NCBI GenBank assembly: GCA_038087875.1
Contig: CM075988.1
Coordinates: 8,744,001-8,808,000, forward strand
Length of the DNA stretch: 64,000 nt
Reading direction: 5' to 3'
Source of the DNA: Malacoraja senta
Lineage: Eukaryota
Below are positions 35,271-48,295 of this stretch, in pieces. The position numbers and the translations under genes are program-made. Every line of letters begins with the position of its first letter. The stretch's first letter is position 1. The notes below the pieces were generated by a model. It saw nothing but the letters and a program-made list of their open reading frames with translations, made no database searches and was not told where the DNA came from.

Positions 35271-36188
35271 TTAAATTCCACACTCTGTGGTAGGGAGTTC
35301 AAGCGATTCATCATGCATTTTAAATTAGTCTGCCTTGTAATTGTGTCCCTTCATTCAGCACTCTCCCAGAAGTGGTTTGATTGCATTAGCTTTAAATGAC
35401 CAGCTATTTCTTCCTTGATTATAGACTCCAGCATGTTACCAACAACATGATTGATGTTTAGCTAGCTGACCTATGGTTTCTTGCTTTTGTCTCCTCCCTT
35501 CTGAACGCGAGTCACATTTGCAGTCTCTAATCTACTTGCACCCTGTTAAAACTCAGTGACTTATGAAGAAGTTCAACCGTAGTCTCGTTTCTCTGCTGCA
35601 ATTTCCTTGGATGTAAACAAATGGGTCCTGGCGACTCGTCTGGCCTTAGTCCCATTAGTTTTCCAATACTTTTTCCCTTTGTGTTTGGAATTGTTACATA
35701 TTCTCTGCTATCTGAAACCACCCCATATGCTATCCATGGGATAGTTACAATGCCCTTACACCATGAAGACAAATGGAAACTATTATTTCTCAGAAATATC
35801 CAACCCAAAGTGCCAGCTGTCCATGTTCTCCAGGGATGCTGCCTGACCCGCTGAATTACTCCAGGACTTTGTGTCTTTTTTGTAAACCAGCATCTGTAGT
35901 TCTTTGTTTCTACAAATGTCTGATCTATTGTCCTTGTGTTAACCCTTTTTGTGGGGAGATACCAAATAGAAACAAGGATTGGGAAAAGTTGCCTTCCCCA
36001 ATTCAGGAACGTGAAGTCAAGTTAGTGTATGTGAACAGCAACCTCCTTCTCTGGAACACCACACCCTAGCATGCTTGATGAACCCTTTTTGAACATTTCC
36101 TCTTAAGAATGTGTGGAGCCCAGTGTCAATGATTAAATCAAATGCATTTTCTCATTGATGGGCAACAGATTGGCTGCTTTATTACTAA

Positions 36189-36391
36189 AGGGCCTGTCCC
36201 ACTTGGGCGTCATTTGCGCATCACGCAGATGGCGCGCAAACATTTTGTACATCCCCAAATCCTGGGGCACTGCGCGTGACCCTGCCTACATCACTACGCA
36301 CCATGCGCGCATCACGATGCGTGCGTCGTGACGCGTAAATGCTGTCGCGTAAATGCCGTCGCGTAAATGACGCCCAAGTGGGACAGGCCCT
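36189..36391. mobile_element. PIF/Harbinger-type MITE, family C (203 bp)
   Basis: TIRs AGGGCCTGTCCCACTTGGGCGTCATTT / AAATGACGCCCAAGTGGGACAGGCCCT; perfect TAA/TAA TSD. Confidence 0.92.
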
Positions 36392-36524
36392 TAACACTTT
36401 CTGACTTCTACAGTTGCACCAACCTCTCAAAGACTGTTGTTAATTCTCCAAATTTATTGTGCAAACAAAAACTTGATGGTAAGGATACCTCAGGACAATT
36501 CAACGAGGTATACATCTCCTACAA

Positions 36525-36818
36525 GTTAGTTTAGTTTAGTTTTGAGATACAGCGTGGAAACGGGCCTTTCGGCCCACCGAGTCCACACCGACCAGCGATC
36601 CCCCGCACATTAACACAATCCTACTTGGGGCAATTTACATTTTTTGTACCAAGCCAATTAACCTACAAACCTGCATGTCTTTGGAGTGTTGGAGAAACCC
36701 ACAAAGGCCACGTACAAACTCCGTACAGACAAGCACACATAGTCGGGATTGAGCCAGAGACCCGGGTGTCTGGCGCTGTAAGGCAGCAACTTTACCGCTG
36801 TGCCTCAATGCCGCCCAT
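36525..36818 (-). mobile_element. HE1-like V-SINE
   Basis: Antisense head, internally deleted V-domain, (TAAAC)n tail. Confidence 0.85.
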
Positions 36819-36954
36819 AATACTCCACAAATGTTAAGACATTTCAATGTAAGCCACAAGCTGACAACACCCGATTATTGTTTGTGGGAGAGATTGTGTA
36901 ATTTATTCCCTATGCTTGCCTGCGGACAATTTCAGAAATAATCCACTGCTTAGA

Positions 36955-37545
36955 CTCATGGGATCACACAGCACATAAACAGGCTATTTGGCCCAACTTG
37001 CTCAAGTGGACCAAGATACCCCATCTATGCTAGTCTCACCTGCCCACATTTACCCCGTATCCTTCTATGCATTTCCTATCCATGTACCTGTTAAAATATC
37101 TATTCACTTTTGTTATAGTTCTTCCCTCGACTTCCTCCTCTGGCAGCTTGTTCCATATACCCACCACCCAGAATAAAAAAGTTGCCCCTCGGGTTCCTAT
37201 TAAACTTCCCCCCTCTCATCTTAAATCTAAGTCCTCTGGTTCCTGAGCCCCCAACTCTGGGAAAAGGCTTTGTGCATTTGCCCTACCTATTTCCCTCGTG
37301 ATTTTGCACACCTTGATTAGATCACTCTTCAGCCTCCTGCGCTCCAAGGAATAAAGTCCTAGCTTACTCACCCCCCCCCCCCCCCATATAGCTCGGGCTA
37401 TTGAGACCTGGCAACATCCTCGTTAATCTTCTCTGCACTTCTTTCCACCTTAATGGCATCCTTCATCTAGCAGGAAGATCAAAACTGAGCACAATGCTCC
37501 AAATGCGGCCTCACCAGTGCATTTGTACAACTGTAACACTGCTTC
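36955..37545 (-). mobile_element. CR1 LINE 3' fragment
   Basis: Antisense ORF2 C-terminus and 3' UTR, homologous to 46215-46715. Confidence 0.85.
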
Positions 37546-38374
37546 CGAATTTCTTGTCGAGAGCATGGAACGTTCCAGGTGAAATGAAATGCTTATTCAT
37601 TCACATAATTGTGTCACATTTTCTTCTTCTGACACCCATTCTAAATCTAATTTAGTGGATTTAATATAGTGTGAGCCTGTGAAATATCTGTTCTGCACAG
37701 GACTCCATCTGTTCAGTCTGAATTTTTAGATTGCAAATTTTATGCAGGCACTCAGTAGTTGCACGCTTGTTCTGTATCTTTAATGCTGAAACATTACTTA
37801 GTGACATTTCCAATGAGTTTCTGCTTTATTCATATCATGTTCATTGCTCATTGCTATTGATACTGGGAAAGCAAATCGCAGAACGAGAGATAATCCCACG
37901 CTTTGTCCCGTTCTTATCTCACCAGCCATGTTCCAACTTGGCAGAAAACTAAATTCTAGGGATAAGACAGAGATTGCCAAAATGTCACTCAGCCACATAC
38001 ATCATTAAAACAAATGAACACTGATAAAACATTAGTTAGTGGACTAAAATGTACTGATTGAAATTGGGACAAGCATATTTTAACTACAGTTGGAGCTAGT
38101 CCTAACAGACATCCAGGTAATCTCAGGATTTTATTGGGTAGCACTGGTGGCTAATTCAAGTTTACTTTTGGAGTACACTTGTGGATTTTTTTGTCCCACC
38201 GCTATGAAATTAAAATGTGCTTCAGAACCCTGCATCTGTTATAGCATAATTTACGCTGCTGAGTTAATGCTTTGCTAATCTACTATTCTCCAAGACAGAA
38301 TGATTGCACCTTTAAATTTATCCTCAAGTATTTTGCTCTCACCTCCAGGGCTGAGTTGTATGATTATAGTGGAA

Positions 38375-38520
38375 CGCATGGTGCTAGAGTAGCTCGGCGG
38401 GTCAGGCAGCATCACCGGTGAACATGGATCCATGACTTCCAGAGATGCTGCCTGACTCACTGAGTTACTCCAGTACAGTTCCACTCATGATTCCAACATC
38501 TGCACTTCCTTGTGTCTCCA
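38375..38520. mobile_element. Short Penelope-derived fold-back element
   Basis: Inverted arms around 'gaacatggatccatgac'. Confidence 0.7.
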
Positions 38521-38574
38521 TGTGTGTTTAGTTTAGCTTAGTTTAGTTTATAGATACAGCGTGGAAACAGGAAA

Positions 38575-38640
38575 CGTATATATACATATACATATGCATA
38601 TATATTATGTTAGATCTAATATATTATATATCTAGATACT
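38575..38640. repeat. (TA)n-rich low-complexity tract
   Basis: tatatatacatatacatatgcatatatattatg... Confidence 0.7.
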
Positions 38641-39494
38641 TGAAGAGTTTTTGTTAACCATCTGCATCGTAGTTTCACCACTAAGATCAGTTTTTTAAAA
38701 TAGAAAATGGGAAAAAACCAGAGTAAATGCAAGATAGTTACTCAAACTAGGAAATAGTGGGAAGTGGGGTTCCATAAATTACACATGTAAAATTCACTAT
38801 TTTGTGTAAACAATTTGGCCTTTGGAATTGGAAGTACAATCAATCATTCAGAAGGATTTGGTTAATGAAAAGGACAGTAACAAAGTACATCAGTAAACAT
38901 AGAAATTAATTTAATTGGAAAAGTAATTTCAATACAGACAAGTGAGAGGTTAGTACTTTTTAGTTTACATAAAGAGAGCACGTAGACCTCCTGAAAATGG
39001 TTAACATGGCTCTGCCCATGGATAAATAAATGGGCAGAGACATCTGGGAGTGCAGATGAACCATCATTTAGTACAACACGTGTACATGGTCATCAACAAA
39101 TCATGGGCTCAATCATACGCTGACTGAACTGAAAAAACGAGAATATCACATATCTGGGAAGGAAAGTTCATGGGTAATGGTTTTAGGGTCATTTAGTGTA
39201 GAAGTAAAGATATTTCTAGATACGAGAAAAACAGGAACTGGGGCTCCAAGTATAAGATGGTAACCTGGAAATACAAAAGGGAATTTGGGGTGAAAATTCC
39301 TCATTGAGACAATTATTGCAAAAGGGTATGTGCTGCTACAGAGAGTAGTTGATGTAAATCGACATGTGCATTTAAGGGGCTTCTAGAGAGGTACACGAGG
39401 CAGGAAAGGATATACTGATTTAGTAGCACACAGTGGGCTGAGAGAAGGTCCAGATGGGTTGTAAATATCAGCCAAAATAATTTCATTGATTGAT

Positions 39495-39800
39495 AGATAC
39501 AGCATGGAAAGAGGATCTTAGCCTCACTGAGTCCACGCCAACCACTGATCGCCTGCTCACTGGTTCCATGTTATCCCACTTTCTCATCCACTCTATATAC
39601 ACACTAGGGGCAATTTACAGAGGCCAATTAACCTACAAACTTGCACATCTTTGGGATGTGGGAAGAAACCGCATCACCTGGAGGAACCCCATATGGTCAC
39701 AGGGAGAACGTGCAAACTCCACACAGACTCCATATCAGGATTGAGCCCGGGTCTCTGGCATTGTGACCAGTGGCTCTACCAGCTCCACCACTGTTCTGCC
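39495..39800 (-). mobile_element. HE1-like V-SINE
   Basis: Antisense V-domain and head. Confidence 0.8.
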
Positions 39801-40049
39801 CGAAATGTTTTTGTTGTCGAAACAATGTAATTCATGTCTTCAGGGTGACCCAAAATGCTTTCCGATAACTGCTCTACTTCTGAAGGGACCACTGCCACAT
39901 TTGATGGGTGGCAGTGGTCAATCTGTGCAGAGAAATATCAGACAGATTTGCAACCACATCATTCACAATATGTATTGGTGATACTGGTTGTGGACTAAAT
40001 GTTAACTAAGGTTGCAGCAGAATTCTCATGCTATTTGTCAATCCCTTTT

Positions 40050-40280
40050 ATCTCACATTTGTTTTTTCATCTCTGGCCTTTGCCCAACCATCTGCCTATC
40101 AACCCCCCACCTATTATCTGCCACACTTTGTTCTGCCCCTCGGTCAAAGTTTCTTACCCCCGCTCCGCCCCCCCCTCCCCCTCCAAATCAGTCTGAACAA
40201 GGATCCCGAACCAAAATGTCACCTATCCATGTTCTCCAGAGATGCTGCCTGACCCGCTGAGTCACTCCATTATTTGGCAT
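40050..40280 (+). mobile_element. Penelope/Neptune 3' UTR fragment
   Basis: Pyrimidine-rich UTR homologous to 51150-51372, ending in the hairpin-arm sequence. Confidence 0.75.
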
Positions 40281-40399
40281 CTTTCTACCTCTATGAGTTC
40301 TCTCTCGGTTATCTGAGAAGAGAGTTGTATATTTCTCTTCATATTTCGTTCAATTGGTCACCACAGATACACTCCCTCAGTTCTGCACTTGAGTTTCGT

Positions 40400-40870
40400 A
40401 GAGTAATGCAGTGTGGAAACTTTGGCCAAACTTGCCCACGCTGACCAACATGCCTCATCCACACTAGTCCCACCTGCCTGTGTTTTGCCAATATCCCACT
40501 AAACTGATCCTATCCTTGTGCCTGTCTAAATCTGTTTTAAACATTGTGATAGTACCTGCCTCAACTACTTCCTCAGGCAGCTCGTTCCATACATCCTTTG
40601 TGTAAAAAAAAATTGCCTCTCAGGTTCCTATTTCAGGTTTCCCCCCCTCACCTTAAACTTATGTCCTCTGGTTCTTGATCCCCCTACTCTGGGTAAAAGA
40701 CCATGTGGATTTAATCTATTCCTCTCATGATCTTATACACCTCTATAAGATCACCCCATCCTCCTGTGCTCCAAGGAATAAAGTCCTAGCCTGGTCAACC
40801 TCCTCCTGTAGCTCAGGCCCTCGAGTGGTGGAAACGTCTTCGTAAATCTTCTCTGCACCCTTTCCATATT
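40400..40870 (-). mobile_element. CR1 LINE 3' fragment
   Basis: Antisense ORF2 C-terminus and UTR. Confidence 0.85.
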
Positions 40871-40983
40871 AGTTTTGTGCTGAGCTTGGACAACAATATT
40901 TTGCCTGATATGTAAAGAGTGGTGAGCCAAGACTATTGCAAAGACTAGTAAGTCAAGACTGAGCGTCCATTAACGAACAATTC

Positions 40984-41290
40984 AGGGTGGCACGGTGGTG
41001 CAGCGGTGGAGTCGCTGCCTTAGACGCTTACGACACCAGAGACCCGGGTTCGACCCCAACTGCATGTACTGTCTGTACGGAGTTTGCACATTCTCCCCGT
41101 GACCTGCATGGGTTTTCTCCGAGATATTCGAGATATCCCACGCTCCAAAGACATACGTTTGTAGGTTAATTGACTTGGTACAGATGTAAATTTTCCCTAG
41201 TGTGTGCAGAATAGTGTGAATGTGCGGGGATCGCTGGTTGGTGCTGATACGATGGGCCGAAGGGCCTGTTTCCACGCTGTATCTCTGAAA
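40984..41290 (+). mobile_element. HE1-like V-SINE, full length
   Basis: Head GGGTGGCACGGTGGTGCAGCGG, B box GGTTCGACCC, V-domain, tail. Confidence 0.9.
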
Positions 41291-41609
41291 AAAAATTGTG
41301 CTCTTTTTATCAAGCCAACAGACTCCCCATTCAGCTGCAAGGTGACAGATGAGCTAAGGCCGAATTTGTTGGCGGTGACCTCTGAATTAATCTCCTGATC
41401 ACTGTAATCCTTCTCGTCATCCTTTCACCTTTGAACAGCCCAGTATGTGAATAAGATTTATATTGCAAAGTGCTTTATTGACACGATGCACATCTATGAG
41501 TTTATTTCAGCTCAGTTTAACATTTGCTTTTTTGTTAAATGTGGATGGTGCAGGCAAGATGAGATTTAAAAAACCCGTCCAAATGATTTGGCGAGCTGTG
41601 GTCTTTAAA

Positions 41610-41893
41610 CTTTACAGGTACAGCAAGGAAACGGGCCATTCGGCCCACTGAATCCATGCCAACCAGCAATCATCCCATACACTAACACAATTCTACACAC
41701 TCCGGACAATTTACAATTTTCACTGAAGCCAATTAATCTACAAAATCTGTATGTCTTTGGGATGTGGGAGGAAACCGGAGCATCTGGAGATAATCTCATG
41801 TGGTCCATACAGACAGCACCCGTAGTCAGGATCCAACCCAGGTCTCTGACGCTGCAAGGTAGCAACTCTACCGCTGTGCCACCACGCCGCCCC
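41610..41893 (-). mobile_element. HE1-like V-SINE
   Basis: Antisense full copy. Confidence 0.85.
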
Positions 41894-42251
41894 TATCCTG
41901 CTCTGCTGTTGTCAGTGTTATGAAGGTACAACCACAGCACAATTGGGTAGGGAGTTGCAGGATTCCGAAGGGTTAGCAGTAAACAATATTTCCAAGTGAA
42001 GATTTGGTGTGAGGCGAGTAAAGATTGTAACCTTTATCATTCTCGCTAGTGGAGGTTGTGGGTTTTAAAGGCACTGTTGTAGAAATTTGGAGTTGGTTCC
42101 GTTCACTTTGCTGCTTGCAAAAGCAGTGTGATTGATTGGCTTTCAGCACGCAAGGATGATTGGAATTCGCTTCCTTCTCTGGAGGGAAACACATGGGTGG
42201 AACTCAGGTTGCAGCTTCTGCTAAGGACTCCACGACGAGCTCAATAGCAGT

Positions 42252-42457
42252 AGGTGGGAAGGAACTGCAGATGCCGGTTTAAACCGAAGGAAGACACAAA
42301 AAGCTGGAGTAACTCAGCGGGACAGGCAGCATCTCTGGGGAAAAGGAATGGATGACGTTTTGGGACGAGACCCTTCAGTTTGAAACATCACCCATCTCTT
42401 TTCTCCAGAAATGCTGCCTGTCCCGCTGAGTTACTCGAACTTTTTCTGTCTATCTTC
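42252..42457. mobile_element. Penelope-derived fold-back element with 14-bp TSD
   Basis: agctcaatagcagt (42238-42251) / agctcattagcagt (42458-42471). Confidence 0.85.
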
Positions 42458-42682
42458 AGCTCATTAGCAGTGTTTCTTTCCTTAGTCATTAAAAACAAAT
42501 AACGTTCTTTCCTCGTCAATTCGAAGCAACTTGGCAATTAAAAAAAATATTCCTTCTTCACTCACTCATGTTGTGAGAAGCTGGAGATGCTTGAGTTCAT
42601 GAGGGTCCATGGCAAGGGAAAAACACAGTTTCAGAAGGTAGAAGGCTTTAGATGGAAACTTTCCTCGAGAGGCCAACTTTAC

Positions 42683-42968
42683 TAGGGTGGTCACGGTGGC
42701 GCAGCGGTAGAGTTGCTGCCTCACAGCGAATGCAGCGCCGGAGACCCGGGTTCGATCCTGACCATGGGTGCTGTCTGTAGAGTTTGTACGTTCTCCCCAT
42801 GATCTGCGTGGGTTTTCTCCGAGACCTTCGGTTTCCTCCCAAACTCCAAATACGACAGGTTTATAGGTTAATTGGCTTGGTTAATGTAAAAATTGTCCCT
42901 AGTGGGTGTAGGATATTGTTAATGTGCGGGGATAACTGGTCGGCATGGACCCGTTGGGCTTGAGGGCC
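42683..42968 (+). mobile_element. HE1-like V-SINE
   Basis: GGTGGCGCAGCGGTAG A box, GGTTCGATCC B box, V-domain; tail remnant displaced to about 43235-43255. Confidence 0.9.
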
Positions 42969-42969
42969 G

Positions 42970-43217
42970 TTGGCCGACTGAGTCCACGCCAAATAGTGAT
43001 CTCTCACCCCATGCACTAACACTCTTCTACACACTAAGGACAATTTACAATTTACAGAAGCCAATTAACTTACAAACCTCTACGTCTTTGGAGTGTGGGA
43101 GGAAACCTGTGCACCTGGAGAAAAACCCACACGGTCACAGGGAGAACGTACAAACTCCGTACAGCACCGGTAGTCAGGATCAAACCAGGGAATCTGGCAC
43201 TGTAAGGCAGCAACTCA
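42970..43217 (-). mobile_element. HE1-like V-SINE in inverted orientation
   Basis: Antisense V-domain abutting the previous copy tail-to-tail. Confidence 0.85.
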
Positions 43218-44312
43218 AGGGAGTCTCCATGCGTCTGTTTCCACGCCGTATCTGGGAAGTCTAAAGTGAGAGAATAAAAGAGAAGGAAATAGGGTGCAAG
43301 ATAAGGGGACAGATGAAGCATATCCCTAAAGTCTCCAATGAGGTGGATGTGAAGTTACACAAATGGATTCCTCAACTGTTTCTGCACTTGGCTTCAAAGA
43401 TGTGCTGGAATTATGTGTCACGAGGCCAGACCCAGGAAGTTCAAGGTGGCTTCAAGTAGGACATAGGGCAATGTTAGTTTGGGTCAGATTAGGATCCAAT
43501 TCTGGACTTGCCTTTTGCAGAGTAGCAAACTCACAGACTATCAGAAATGGAATGGTGTACCCACACCCTCCCTTCCTTGTCAATATCAAACCACAGCACT
43601 GTTGGAGTGCCTGCCCCTTTAAATGGCTGTAAAATCATCAGGCTTTTTCTTTCCCAGGAAGTTAAAAATATCCAGCATCATACTTCGAATTGCTCTTTAA
43701 CAGGACGAGAGTTCCCAGAATGGAGGGATTTTGTGATAATTAAATGAGATGAAGTCGCCAAAGAATGCATAGAATGCTCACACCATATATGTTTGTGAAC
43801 CGTGGCAATTTTTTTTTGCTGAAGTTTGGACACTACTCACACGGAATTTCACACGTTGGCCCTCAGTAGCCCAACAATTCCTATGTGGCTCCACTAAATA
43901 TTCAGTGTTTTCCCCGTGAGATTTGTAAACACTTCCTATATTTTTACATGTTTTAAAGCTGTACAGACTTTGAATGGATGAAATTAGTGTTGATTTCACT
44001 GCCAGGGAACAAACTTATAAGACTATTATAGCTGAGTTCTTAACACAGAAGGGAAATCATTAAACACAAGGTATGTTTTTATGTCAGAACTTTCCTACCT
44101 GTGGAGGCAAAGATGACCAGTGAGAGGTTGGTCTTGGGGATTTTGTGATCATAGAAACACAGCACAACAAAATGCCATTCAGCCCATCAAGTCTGTGTTA
44201 TGGCTGGCTCTATTTCCAGATAATGCTGCAGTATGATTTCTACCTTTCCAACATTTCCCTTTAGAAAGGTAGTATTGAATTTGCTTCCATTGCACTTTCA
44301 AAAGGATTCAGA

Positions 44313-44592
44313 GGTACAGCATGGAAATAGGCCTTACAGTCCGCCGATTCCACGCTGACCATCAGTCACCCACTTACACTGGTTCAAAGTTATCCTGCCT
44401 TTTCATCCACTCCCTACAAGCCCCATCGTCTTTGGGATGTGGGAGGAAATCAGAGCACCTGGAGAAAAACCACATGGTCACAGGGAGGATGTGCAATCTC
44501 CACCCAGACAGCACCCAAGATCAGGATCAAACCCGGGCCTCTGGCCTGATTTGTGAGGCAGCAGCTCTACCAGCTGCACCACTATGCTGCCA
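44313..44592 (-). mobile_element. HE1-like V-SINE
   Basis: Antisense head and V-domain. Confidence 0.8.
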
Positions 44593-45814
44593 CCAGGTGT
44601 GTTCTAGATTAGATATAGAATATATATTTTGCTGATTATTTTATCTATTACCTAAATCCTCTGAATGGGGGGAATTACGTAGTATGACTCGATAACTAAT
44701 GGGATGGGGGTGGGGGGAGACGGGATGGGTTGAAGTATTTGCAGTAAATCCTGTCCTCTGATATCTCCGTTGATGATGACCGTATTTATAATTCTTGCTC
44801 GCAACAGGAGGGAGGCGGATAGAGAGGGAGGCGAGCATTATTAGAAAATCGATTTTCTTGTTGATAATTTATAGCCTGTTAAACAACTAATGCCTTTTGT
44901 GGGGTCGATAGATATTCCGCGGGAATGCTCCACCATTTTTACTGTTCGTTTTGTTCGTTTTGTGTAGGCTAGTTTCAGTAGAGGGTTTGATGTGGTTTAG
45001 TGGTAGAATGTGGGTTTCGTTGGTGTTCTCTGTGGAGATGGAAAGTTTTAGACTGCGTCTTGAGAAGGGTGAGGTTACTGACGTAATCCTGTAACTTGAC
45101 ACCCTGCCAAGAGCTGCTCTCAGGGCCCAGAGCTATTGACCTCTATTCCATGGGCAACTAATGACAGCATCTCACACTCTGCTTTCCCAGGATTTGGTCC
45201 CTCCTAGCCTGGATCCCTACTCTTGACAACATTGTTTTTTTTCCCTCTGTGAAAGTCACTGAGTTAATGTATGTTGTCCTCACGAAATTGCTCCTGTGAG
45301 TCAGTTTCATTGTGAAGTTCAACATGTCTTTAACTAGAAAAAGCAGTCAAATGTTGAGGTGGAAAAGAAAGATGGTTCTGGTACTTTCCCAATTTGGACA
45401 AGGCATGATTAGAAAGTTTCAGATGACACTAATATAGGTGGTATGAGATAGTGAAGGTGGTATTCAAAAACCACAGCAGGCTTGATCAACTGGGCAAGTG
45501 GGCTGACGATTGGCTAATGACGTTTAATGCAGGTCAGTATGAGACGTTACATTTTGGGGAAGTTCAACCACAGATTTTCCAGCATTTTTTCATTTTAATT
45601 TTGCAATTTTATGCTTTTAAATGTAGGCTAAATCATTTCACGTAGCAAGTATATCAGGCCAGAGGGTAAGAAATGTGATTTTGGACTTTGTTTCTCAAAG
45701 GTCTACAACATAGGTTATTGTTATGACGCTCCTTGGATCTGGCATTAATCAACACAGATTGATTCATCAACACTTTTTAAATATTTCATAGAAACATGTT
45801 TTATAGGTTTACGG

Positions 45815-46050
45815 TAATGGGGGGAAGGATTTAATGGGAATCTGAGGGATAACTTTTGTACGCAAAGGGTGGTGGTGTATGGAACGAGCTGCTGGAGGAG
45901 GTAGTTGAGGCAGGTACTATTGTGATATTTAATAAACATTTAGGCAACTACATGGATAGGATAGGTTTAGAGGGATATGGGCCAAACTCAGGCAGTCGTG
46001 GGCAAGTTTGGCCGAAGGGCCTGTTTCCATGCTGTATGGCTCTATAACCT
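45815..46050 (+). mobile_element. CR1 LINE 3' end
   Basis: ..VVGVWNELLEEVVEAGTIVIFNKHLGNYMDRIGLEGYGPN and tail. Confidence 0.85.
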
Positions 46051-46214
46051 CTATGACTGTAACCACCACAATGACAGGAGGTAAATTGTGTGCTGATACA
46101 ATTAATCTTGTGTTCAAATATGTATTTGGTTTGTAAGTTCTGGACAATATGGCTTCACAAAGTTTCTTCAGATTTACTTGGTCACCAAAGTAGGAATAAA
46201 GTAGGAATATTGTC

Positions 46215-46715
46215 AAGCTTGAAAGGGTTAAGAAAAGATTTATGAGGATGTTGCCAGGACTAGAGAGTGTGAGCTATAGAGAGAGGTTGAGTAGGCTGGG
46301 TCTCTATTCCATGGAGCGCAGGAGGATGAAGGGAGATCTTATAGAAGCATACAAAATCATGAGAGGATTAGATCGGGTAGCTGCACAGAGTCTTTTGCCC
46401 AGAGTAGGGGAATCGAGGACTAGAGGGCATAGGTTCAATGTGAAGGGGAAAAGATTTAATAGGAATCCCAGGAGTAACTTTTTCACGCAAAGGGTGTGGT
46501 GGGTGTATGGAACAAGCTGCCAGAGGAGGTAGTTTAGGCTGGGACTATTCCATCGTTTAAGAAACAATTAGACAGGTACATGGAAAGGACAGGTTTGGAG
46601 GGATATGCACCAAGCGCAGGCAAGTGGAACTGGTGTAGTTTGGACATTATTGGCCGGTGTGGGCGAGTTGGGCCGAAGGACCTGTTTCCACACTGTCTCA
46701 CTATGATTCAGTGAC
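46215..46715 (+). mobile_element. CR1 LINE 3' fragment
   Basis: MRMLPGLESVSYRERLSRLGLYSMERRRMKGDLIEAYKIMRGLDRV..GESRTRGHRF..NFFTQRV. Confidence 0.92.
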
Positions 46716-46941
46716 TCTAAAGGCTTACCTGTAGATCTTGACAGCTGCTAACTGGACCAAGTGAAGCTTAATTTACCAAAGGGCTGCATCTCATCTGAAG
46801 GTCACTCTCAGTCTGAGCAATTGTCGTGGAAATGGCTTGTCTCGGGGAAATAATGTGTAATGAGGAACACACTGTCTGTTCTCAAGGCTAATGGCAGGAA
46901 ATGGTGATGAATCGCACATTGATCCTCCCAATTGGCGATTC

Positions 46942-47570
46942 TTCAAAGGTTTCAAAGATTTCAAAGGTCTTTTTATTGTCACATCTACCGATTAAGGTAC
47001 AGTGAAACACGAATTACCATACAGCCTTACTAAAAAAAAGCAACAAGACACACAACTACATAAGATAACATACATATCCACCACAGCGGATTCCCCACAT
47101 TCCTCACTTTGTTGGAAAGCAATAAAGTCTAATCTTCTTCCTCTTTATTCTCGTGCGGTTGGGGCAGTCGAACCATCCGTAATCTGGGCGATCGAAGCTC
47201 CCACGTCGGGGCGGTCGAAGCTCTTGCAGCTTGGAGCTCCCGAAGTCGGGCCCTAACCAGGGACCGGGAGCTCCACGATGTTAAAATCCGCAGGCTCCCG
47301 CCGTTTTTAGCTACCAAAGTCGATCTCCAGCAAGAGGCCACCAGCTCCTCGATGTTAGGCTGCAGTGCAGGAGGAGATACGACATGGAAAAAGTCGCATC
47401 TCTGTTGAGGTAAAAGTTTTTTTTAAAGTTTCCCCCAACCCCACCCCCACCCCCACATAAAACAAGTTAAAGAACACTAAAACATTAATTTAACACACTG
47501 TAAAAAAACAGAGAAGGAAAAAGGCGAGATGGACTGTTGACGAGGCAGCCACTGCGGCGCCACCCGGTGG
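46942..47570 (-). mobile_element. Non-autonomous non-LTR element (~630 bp) with AATAAA and (CTTTGAAA)-type tail
   Basis: Minus strand ends 'gtgacaataaaagacctttgaaatctttgaaacctttgaa'; GC/CpG-rich body; starts 'ccaccgggtggcgccgcagtggctgcc'. Confidence 0.6.
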
Positions 47571-47729
47571 TCAATTGTTGGTAGATGGATTGTGATGATG
47601 GGGCGAGGGAGCCAAGCTTTGCATCAAAATCACAAACAGTCTCACGCACTCGGGCCACTTCCCTGTGAGTTATTCAGACAAGAGATTTTTAAAAATCTTT
47701 TGTTCTTTTAAAGTAGGGAAATTGGGAAC

Positions 47730-47900
47730 CAACGGTGGGGAGGTTGGCTGGGCAATGTCCACCACCTTCTGCAGGCTCATTCATTACTGGGGTTTCAAAT
47801 GACCAAACCAGCCCGTGATGCAACCAATTAGTAAGCTCTCCACATAATTGTTCAATAGGGTGTTCTATCACTGAAGAAGGAGAGGTGTTGGTGAGGTTTC
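47730..47900 (-). mobile_element. Degraded Rex1/Babar fragment
   Basis: Antisense ..ESLLIGCITGWFG..LQKVVDIAQ, homologous to 29400-29500. Confidence 0.65.
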
Positions 47901-48039
47901 TTTGGAATTGTATCAATGTGCAAATTGAAATTTGGAGTTTTCATCCATTGCATTTTTCCAAAACCAGTATTAAAATCCCAAGAAAATCGTTTGAACAAAA
48001 ATTTGGATGTATTCAGAGCTAAAACCTGTGGGGAGACCT

Positions 48040-48295
48040 GATAGAATAGATAGGGTAGACAGTCAGAACCTTTTTCCCAGGATGGAAAAATCAAATACTA
48101 AAGGGCATAGCTTTAAGCGGAGCGGGGCAGCTTTTTTTTACACAGAGTACTAAGTGCTTGGAACAGGTTGCCAGTGTCGGTGGTTGAAGTGTTTGGAACA
48201 GGTTGCCAGGGTCGGTGATTGCGGCATTTAAGAGACTTTTGGACAGGCATATGGATATGCAGGGAATGGAGGGATATGGATTATGCACAGGTAGC
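48040..48295 (+). mobile_element. CR1 3' fragment with a ~35-bp internal tandem duplication
   Basis: 'gatagggtagacagtcagaacctttttccc' start; duplicated 'gtgYttggaacaggttgccagKgtcggtg'. Confidence 0.75.

Noticed and set aside
42683..42770. tRNA-like A/B box sequences here and at other SINE heads
   Set aside because: They continue into the V-SINE core and do not form a complete cloverleaf; not tRNA genes.
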